NCBI GenBank assembly: GCA_963835575.1
Contig: CAWIGG010000005.1
Span: forward strand, 224,001 to 288,000
Length of the DNA stretch: 64,000 nt
DNA from: an uncultured Spirochaetota bacterium
GTDB lineage: Bacteria > Spirochaetota > Brevinematia > Brevinematales > JAOACQ01
Reading direction: 5' to 3'
Below, piece after piece: positions 58,844 to 64,000 of this stretch. A program made the position numbers and the translations under genes. Each line of letters opens with the position of its first letter. The stretch's first letter is position 1. Under the pieces are notes generated by a model, which saw only the letters and a list, made by a program, of their open reading frames with translations, did not search any database and had not been told where the DNA came from.

Positions 58844-60235
58844 ATGACAGAAAATAAACCATCAAGGGCCATTTTATATACTATTATGATCGGCGCTTTC
58901 TTCTCTATGTTTGATGCCGGTATGGTTAATGTCGGACTTCCGGTCATCGCGGGCGAGTTTAAGACAGGAATCCAGACAGTGCAATGGACATCTTCAATTT
59001 ACCTGCTTGTTATGTCGGCGTTACTGCCGATTTTCGGATCGCTCGCTGATCGTTTAGGACGCGGAAGAATCTATAATGCCGGATTCCTCACTGTATCAGT
59101 TTTTACATTGCTTTGCGGATTTGCGCCGAATTTTACGGTATTAATAGTATTCCGTATCTTGCAGGCCATTGGCGGAGCAATGGTAATGGCAAACGGGATG
59201 GCAATTGCCACAGAAAGTTATCCTCCATCGGAACGGGGCAGAAATATCGGCATTCTGGCTTCCGCAATGGCGGTTGGAAGCATAGCCGGTCCTTCACTGG
59301 GAGGATTAATCATCGGTCTGTCGGGATGGCGTTCGGTGTTTTATGCCACTTTCGCGTTGTCTTTCGCGGCGTTTGCCGTCTCTTATTTTACTATACCCAG
59401 GCAGAAAAAACAGCCCACTCAATATCATATTGATATCATGGGTTCAATTTTGCTAATTGTAACGATAGTATCTTTCATTTACGGCTTTTCAAACCTGAAT
59501 AATATTGTAGGTCATAATTATTCTATTTTATTTATTGTGGGACTATTTTTACTCACAGCTGTTGCTTTGATTTTATGGGAGCTAAAGCATAAACATCCGG
59601 TTTTCGATTTGCGCTTATTCCGGAACTTAACTTTTAGTTCCTCCATTATTTCGGCTTTAATATCTTTCGCGACTATGTACTCACCCACGGTTCTTGTTCC
59701 TTTTTATCTTCAAAAAACTTTGGGCTTTTCTCCCATCATAACCGGCTTATATATGATGGCGTTTCCGGTTGCAATGGCGCTTTTGTCGCCTTTAAGCGGG
59801 TCATTGTCAGACAAGATCGGTTCAAGAAGCCTCGCAATCGCGGCGTTGGTACTTAACGGGATAGCATTAATAATATTTGCTTTTATTCCCGCCGACTTGC
59901 CATCCTGGTTTATCATGATTCCTCTCTCTGTTATGGGAATCGGGCTTGGAATGTTCCAATCTCCCAATAACAGCACTATTATGGGAAGTGTACCTAAAGA
60001 GCGGCTGGGAGCGGCAAACGGTATTACCCAGCTTGTAAAGAATCTTGGAATGGTTATCGGAATTACTTTTTCGACCATGGTTTTTACAATGGCTATGGGG
60101 CAGAAACCCTATCAGGATAAATCCGTCTTTCTGGCAAGCGCGCGCTGGGTTTATCTGGGTTCGGCTATATTGAGTTTTATTGGCGCATGGGCCGCTTCGA
60201 TGCGTGAAAAAGAAATGATGAAAACATCTCATTAA
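58844..60235 (+). CDS. MFS drug:H+ antiporter (DHA2-like)
   Basis: D..MVNVGLP, G.LADR.GR, R.LQA.G, GP.LGG, FQSPNN. Confidence 0.9.
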   Translation: MTENKPSRAILYTIMIGAFFSMFDAGMVNVGLPVIAGEFKTGIQTVQWTSSIYLLVMSALLPIFGSLADRLGRGRIYNAGFLTVSVFTLLCGFAPNFTVLIVFRILQAIGGAMVMANGMAIATESYPPSERGRNIGILASAMAVGSIAGPSLGGLIIGLSGWRSVFYATFALSFAAFAVSYFTIPRQKKQPTQYHIDIMGSILLIVTIVSFIYGFSNLNNIVGHNYSILFIVGLFLLTAVALILWELKHKHPVFDLRLFRNLTFSSSIISALISFATMYSPTVLVPFYLQKTLGFSPIITGLYMMAFPVAMALLSPLSGSLSDKIGSRSLAIAALVLNGIALIIFAFIPADLPSWFIMIPLSVMGIGLGMFQSPNNSTIMGSVPKERLGAANGITQLVKNLGMVIGITFSTMVFTMAMGQKPYQDKSVFLASARWVYLGSAILSFIGAWAASMREKEMMKTSH

Positions 60236-60262
60236 TAAAACGAAATTTTTTAGGAGGATAAA

Positions 60263-60658
60263 TTGATGAATTTACTAAAGTTTTCAGGTTCATTTTTATT
60301 CATTGGACTGGTTTTACTGACCAGTTGCGTAAAAAAACAAAGCACAGAAGGTACTTTAAAAACCAATGGTTCCGGCACAAAAGTTACTTTCATTGAACTG
60401 GGCTCAGTCAACTGTGTGCCCTGCAAAATGATGCAGCCGGTCATGAAACAGATTGAGGAAGCTTATAAAGAACAGGTCAAAGTAGTATTCTATGATATCT
60501 GGACAGAAGAAGGGAAACCGTTTGGCCAAGCTTACGGTATCCGTGCTATTCCGACACAGGTTTTTCTGGATTCTGAGGGTAAAGAATTTTACCGGCATGA
60601 AGGGTATTTTCCTTATGAAGAATTAGTTCAAATTTTAAAACAGAAAGGTGTCCAGTAA
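60263..60658 (+). CDS. Exported thioredoxin-family protein
   Basis: LTSC lipobox-like; CVPC; IPTQVF. Confidence 0.88.
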   Translation: MMNLLKFSGSFLFIGLVLLTSCVKKQSTEGTLKTNGSGTKVTFIELGSVNCVPCKMMQPVMKQIEEAYKEQVKVVFYDIWTEEGKPFGQAYGIRAIPTQVFLDSEGKEFYRHEGYFPYEELVQILKQKGVQ

Positions 60659-61362
60659 TGGATATCTTAATCTCATTATTTAACTGGCTTAACAGTTTGT
60701 TAAAGCTCAATCCCGCCATTGTGCTTTCCGCGGCGTTTATCTGGGGGGCATTGAGCGTTGTATTAAGTCCCTGCCACCTTTCGAGCATTCCGCTGGCGAT
60801 TGGCTATATCAATGGCAAAGGGAAAATGAAACATTCGCGGGCGCTGGTTTTGTCGCTCTTTTTCGCTTTAGGAATATTGATATCCCTTTTTGTTCTGGGC
60901 CTCATAACATCTTTGATTGGGAGGATGCTGGGCGATGTCGGGAAACTGACAATTATCATAGTCGGAGTGGTTTTTATCCTGGTGGGTATCTCCCTTTTCG
61001 ATCTGATAAAATTGCCGGAAATCCCAATTTGGAAGGCAAAAGTCAAATCAGGCAGCCTGGTTGGCGCGCTCATATTGGGGCTTTTCTTCGGTGCGGCCCT
61101 CGGCCCCTGCACATTCGGGTTTATGATGCCGATTCTCGCCGTCGCTTTTAAGACTGCAACGGCACATCTACTTTATGCGATAATCATAATTCTTGCTTAT
61201 GCAATCGGGCATTCCTTGGTGATAGTTTTCGCGGGTACTTTTATCAATTGGGTGCAGAACATCCTGAACTGGGAGGAAAACTCAAAAGGTATCGTCTGGT
61301 TCCGTCGAATTTGCGGTGTATTGATAATATTCACCGGAATATATCTGATAATTTCAAAATAA
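60658..61362 (+). CDS. CcdA/DsbD-type transmembrane electron transporter
   Basis: LSPC.L..IPL and GPC motifs, multiple TMs. Confidence 0.88.
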   Translation: MDILISLFNWLNSLLKLNPAIVLSAAFIWGALSVVLSPCHLSSIPLAIGYINGKGKMKHSRALVLSLFFALGILISLFVLGLITSLIGRMLGDVGKLTIIIVGVVFILVGISLFDLIKLPEIPIWKAKVKSGSLVGALILGLFFGAALGPCTFGFMMPILAVAFKTATAHLLYAIIIILAYAIGHSLVIVFAGTFINWVQNILNWEENSKGIVWFRRICGVLIIFTGIYLIISK

Positions 61363-61374
61363 AGGAAGGTTTAT

Positions 61375-61608
61375 ATGAAAATCGAAATTTTGGGTACAGG
61401 CTGCCCCAAATGTAAAATGCTGACAGAACTTGCTCAAAAAGCTGTCAGCGAATCCGGCGTTACTGCCGAAGTAGTAAAAGTTCAGAATATTGAAGAAATC
61501 ATGAACTACGGCGTGATGGTCACACCCGCTCTGGTGATTGACGGCGTGGTCAAATGCGCCGGAAAAATACCCTCAAAAGTTGAGATTATTAAATGGATTA
61601 AAGGTTAA
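61375..61608 (+). CDS. Small redox-active disulfide protein (MTH895-like)
   Basis: ILGTGCPKC, YGVM.TPALVIDG. Confidence 0.92.
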   Translation: MKIEILGTGCPKCKMLTELAQKAVSESGVTAEVVKVQNIEEIMNYGVMVTPALVIDGVVKCAGKIPSKVEIIKWIKG

Positions 61609-61614
61609 GGAGAT

Positions 61615-61845
61615 ATGAAAATGAAGATTCCTAAAAAATTTGCCCCGTTATTCCGTTCGTTTCTAATGGCGCTTATACTGCCGTTTGTGATGATATTTTT
61701 CATAACGCTCATTAATGTGGGTTTGAAAGATGGTTTTGTGTTTATCTGGATGAAAAGCTACTTGATCGCTTTTGTAATAGCTTTTCCCTTAATAATCCTG
61801 ATTGCGCCGAGGATTCATAAATTTGTTGAAAAGATTTCTGAATAA
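61615..61845 (+). CDS. DUF2798-like small membrane protein
   Basis: Two TMs, F..W..S..IAF..AFP. Confidence 0.75.
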   Translation: MKMKIPKKFAPLFRSFLMALILPFVMIFFITLINVGLKDGFVFIWMKSYLIAFVIAFPLIILIAPRIHKFVEKISE

Positions 61846-61859
61846 GTGGAGGCAAAAAT

Positions 61860-62243
61860 ATGGCAGAATGCAGTTGTTCCTGTGGTTCAGACAATAAAGT
61901 TAATCTGATTTACGCCTGCTCGGGTGCTTCCAATACCGGCTATCTGGCCGACCAAGTTGCGCGTGGCCTTTCAAAAGACAATGTGGGAAGTATGACTTGT
62001 CTGGCTGCGATGGGAGCGAACCTTTCCGGCTTTATTGAATCGGCGAAAAGCGCTAATAAAAATATTATCATCGACGGCTGTCCATTGGTATGCGGTAAGA
62101 AGATATTTGACAATCTGGGAATTTCAAATTACCAGCATTTAATTGCAACCAAATATGGTGTAGAAAAAGGCAAAACGGCGATAACCGGGAAAGTGATTGA
62201 GGCTGTGAAAGAAAAAATCCGTGATGCTATTTGCGCAGGCTGA
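61860..62243 (+). CDS. DGC-domain putative zinc-binding protein
   Basis: YACSGASN.G, CLA..G, IDGCP..C. Confidence 0.88.
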   Translation: MAECSCSCGSDNKVNLIYACSGASNTGYLADQVARGLSKDNVGSMTCLAAMGANLSGFIESAKSANKNIIIDGCPLVCGKKIFDNLGISNYQHLIATKYGVEKGKTAITGKVIEAVKEKIRDAICAG

Positions 62244-62254
62244 AGATCAGAGAA

Positions 62255-62289
62255 AAGAACCGGAAGGCTCGAAGCTTCCAGTTCTTTTT
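62255..62289 (+). terminator. Intrinsic terminator of the ArsR-linked cluster
   Basis: AAGAACCGGAAG-loop-CTTCCAGTTCTT plus T run. Confidence 0.75.
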
Positions 62290-62634
62290 GTTGCTACAGT
62301 CAAATATTTTTACATGAATTGCTATCAAGAGGCTTCAGCTTGTTTAAATCATCCTGATAAATTTTATGTTTCCTTATGACATTGATTATCAGGGAATTCA
62401 GATAATCTGGCATCGACGTTTTATCCAGAGAATGATAGTTCCACTGAGCTGACCCCATATATATCGGAATTGTTCTTTTTCTTCCGTTTGCACTTTCAGA
62501 AAAATCGTTATATTGATCAGCTCCAGGTGTGAATAGCCCTGCGGAGAATTGCCCGGCAGTTCGCGCATTCGAAATCCAAATCCTCTCTGTAGAGCCCGAG
62601 ATGCCTGCCGGAAATTGCCATATTCCCCCATCCA

Positions 62635-63414
62635 TTAAAAACCGAAGGGGCTAAAAAAGCTGATAAGAAAAAAGGGCTGTATTAAAACACAGCCCTTTTT
62701 CGTCAATGGCATGGATTTATTTATACCGTCCCGGGTATCCATCGGAACCAGCTCGACAACGATCCTTCTGTTCTGGGCCCTCCCCTTTTCAGTGTCGTTT
62801 GATGCGGCAGGATTATACTTACCGTAACCCGCGGCTTTCAAGACATCGGGACTTATTCCTTTGTCCTGCAGATATCTGACGATCGCGTCGGCCCTCGCCG
62901 TTGAGAGTTCCCAGTTGGAAGGGTATTTCCACTTGAAGGAATCCTTGATCGGCACGTTGTCGGTGTAGCCTTCCACCCTGATAATCTTTTCCTTTAAGTA
63001 TTTTAGGATCGGAATAAGTTTGTCGAGGGATTTTTTACCATCAGCTTTGATTTCGGCACTCCCTTCGTCAAAGAAAATATTGTCCAGGAATGTTACCCTG
63101 ATTGAATTCTCTGTCTGATTTACTTTCATGTTGCCGGCTTCCACTTCCTGGTTCAAATTCCGGATCAGATTGCTTAATGTTTGGATTTGATTCTTCTGGG
63201 ACTCAATGGTATTAGAAGATTCCATCGATAAGCTCATAAGTTTTTCATTCAAGGCTCCAATCTGAGCGTCTTTTTCGCCTAGCTGTGTTGTCAGGTTCTG
63301 GTTTTCGGCCTTCAGCTTATCCATTTCGTCTGGCTTTACCGTACTTGGAGATGAACATGAGACTAAAAAGAATAAACCCAAAGCAAAAAAACTAGTTTTC
63401 ATCAGATTTTTCAT
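62635..63414 (-). CDS. OmpA/MotB-family lipoprotein with coiled coil
   Basis: LVSC lipobox-like; FFD.GSA, RVEGYTDNVP, SNWELSTARA, GRAQNRRI. Confidence 0.88.
   Translation of the reverse strand: MKNLMKTSFFALGLFFLVSCSSPSTVKPDEMDKLKAENQNLTTQLGEKDAQIGALNEKLMSLSMESSNTIESQKNQIQTLSNLIRNLNQEVEAGNMKVNQTENSIRVTFLDNIFFDEGSAEIKADGKKSLDKLIPILKYLKEKIIRVEGYTDNVPIKDSFKWKYPSNWELSTARADAIVRYLQDKGISPDVLKAAGYGKYNPAASNDTEKGRAQNRRIVVELVPMDTRDGINKSMPLTKKGCVLIQPFFLISFFSPFGF
62671..62700 (-). terminator. Terminator-like hairpin inside the 3' end of the OmpA/MotB ORF
   Basis: AAAGGGCTGT-loop-ACAGCCCTTT with T run on both strands. Confidence 0.65.
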
Positions 63415-63486
63415 ATCTACCTCCTCTGATTATATTATTTCTAATATCTTACCGATACCGGCAGATGTGTCCGTAAGACATTGATT

Positions 63487-64000
63487 TTACTTATACTTCG
63501 ATCTTTCATCCAGCGGGACAAGCAGTATGACAATTCTCCTGTTCTGGGCCCTTCCCTCTTCGGTATCATTAGAGGCGAAGGGATTATACTCACCGTAGCC
63601 TGTGGCCTTTAATAGAGACGGGTCAATGCCCTGGGACTGGAAATAGCGCACAATTGTAGTGGCCCGCGCGGTGGAAAGCTCCCAATTTGAAGGGAATTTC
63701 CACATGTAGCTTTCTGCGATAGGCACATTGTCGGTATAGCCTTCCACCCTGATCTGCTTGTCTTTAATATTCTTCAAAATGGCAACCATTTTATCCAGAA
63801 CTTTTTTCCCGTTTTTCTTGATATCCGAGCTTCCGGAATCGAAGAATATCTTGTCTACAAAATCAATGTTAAGGACATCCCCCAGCTGTTTGATTTTCAG
63901 CTCGCCCGATTTTATCTCCTCTTCCATGGCTTTTGCCATATTATTCTGGGCCATGTTCAGGTTTGATATTTCAAGCTCCTTGGCCTGCATCAGCTTATTT
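63487..64000 (-). CDS. OmpA/MotB-family protein (5' end outside window)
   Basis: RVEGYTDNVP, SNWELSTARA, GRAQNRRI; paralogue of neighbour. Confidence 0.88.
   Translation of the reverse strand, partial: NKLMQAKELEISNLNMAQNNMAKAMEEEIKSGELKIKQLGDVLNIDFVDKIFFDSGSSDIKKNGKKVLDKMVAILKNIKDKQIRVEGYTDNVPIAESYMWKFPSNWELSTARATTIVRYFQSQGIDPSLLKATGYGEYNPFASNDTEEGRAQNRRIVILLVPLDERSKYK

Noticed and set aside
62300..62635. ORFs between convergent terminators
   Set aside because: No RBS or motif recognised; possibly a remnant but unsupported.

Overview
Bacterial chromosomal window; gene content suggests an anaerobe, but the taxon cannot be determined from this sequence. It opens with two housekeeping genes: the 3' part of gmk, and ppdK carrying a histone-H1-like basic tail. 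From ~4.0 to 26.1 kb is a heavily rearranged accessory island with secreted/lipoprotein genes (GH27-CBM2, beta-propeller-rhodanese, InlB-B/BspA-LRR, WG/SH3). It also holds three IS elements (IS5 remnant, IS1182, IS66), scattered DUF1349 gene fragments, nested palindromic repeats and a Mu/TnsB-TnsC-like three-gene transposon. From 26.5 to 62.2 kb are metal/sulfur/redox genes: a long minus-strand block from mrp to dsrE, a PepSY/two-component/ABC block, a P-type H+-ATPase and an ArsR-permease-thioredoxin-CcdA cluster. Two OmpA/MotB genes close the window. Strongest candidates for new biology: (1) a ~660-nt densely paired, strand-specific putative RNA (24626-25290, minus) directly upstream of the DUF6431-like/DDE/AAA operon, which shows only one recognisable transposon end; (2) a spermidine synthase fused to two tandem AdoMetDC-like domains whose catalytic residues are split between the halves as in eukaryotic AdoMetDC; (3) a ~240-bp repeat whose three copies conserve structure through compensatory changes and whose central loop received insertions twice. 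All calls are by eye; no searches were run.
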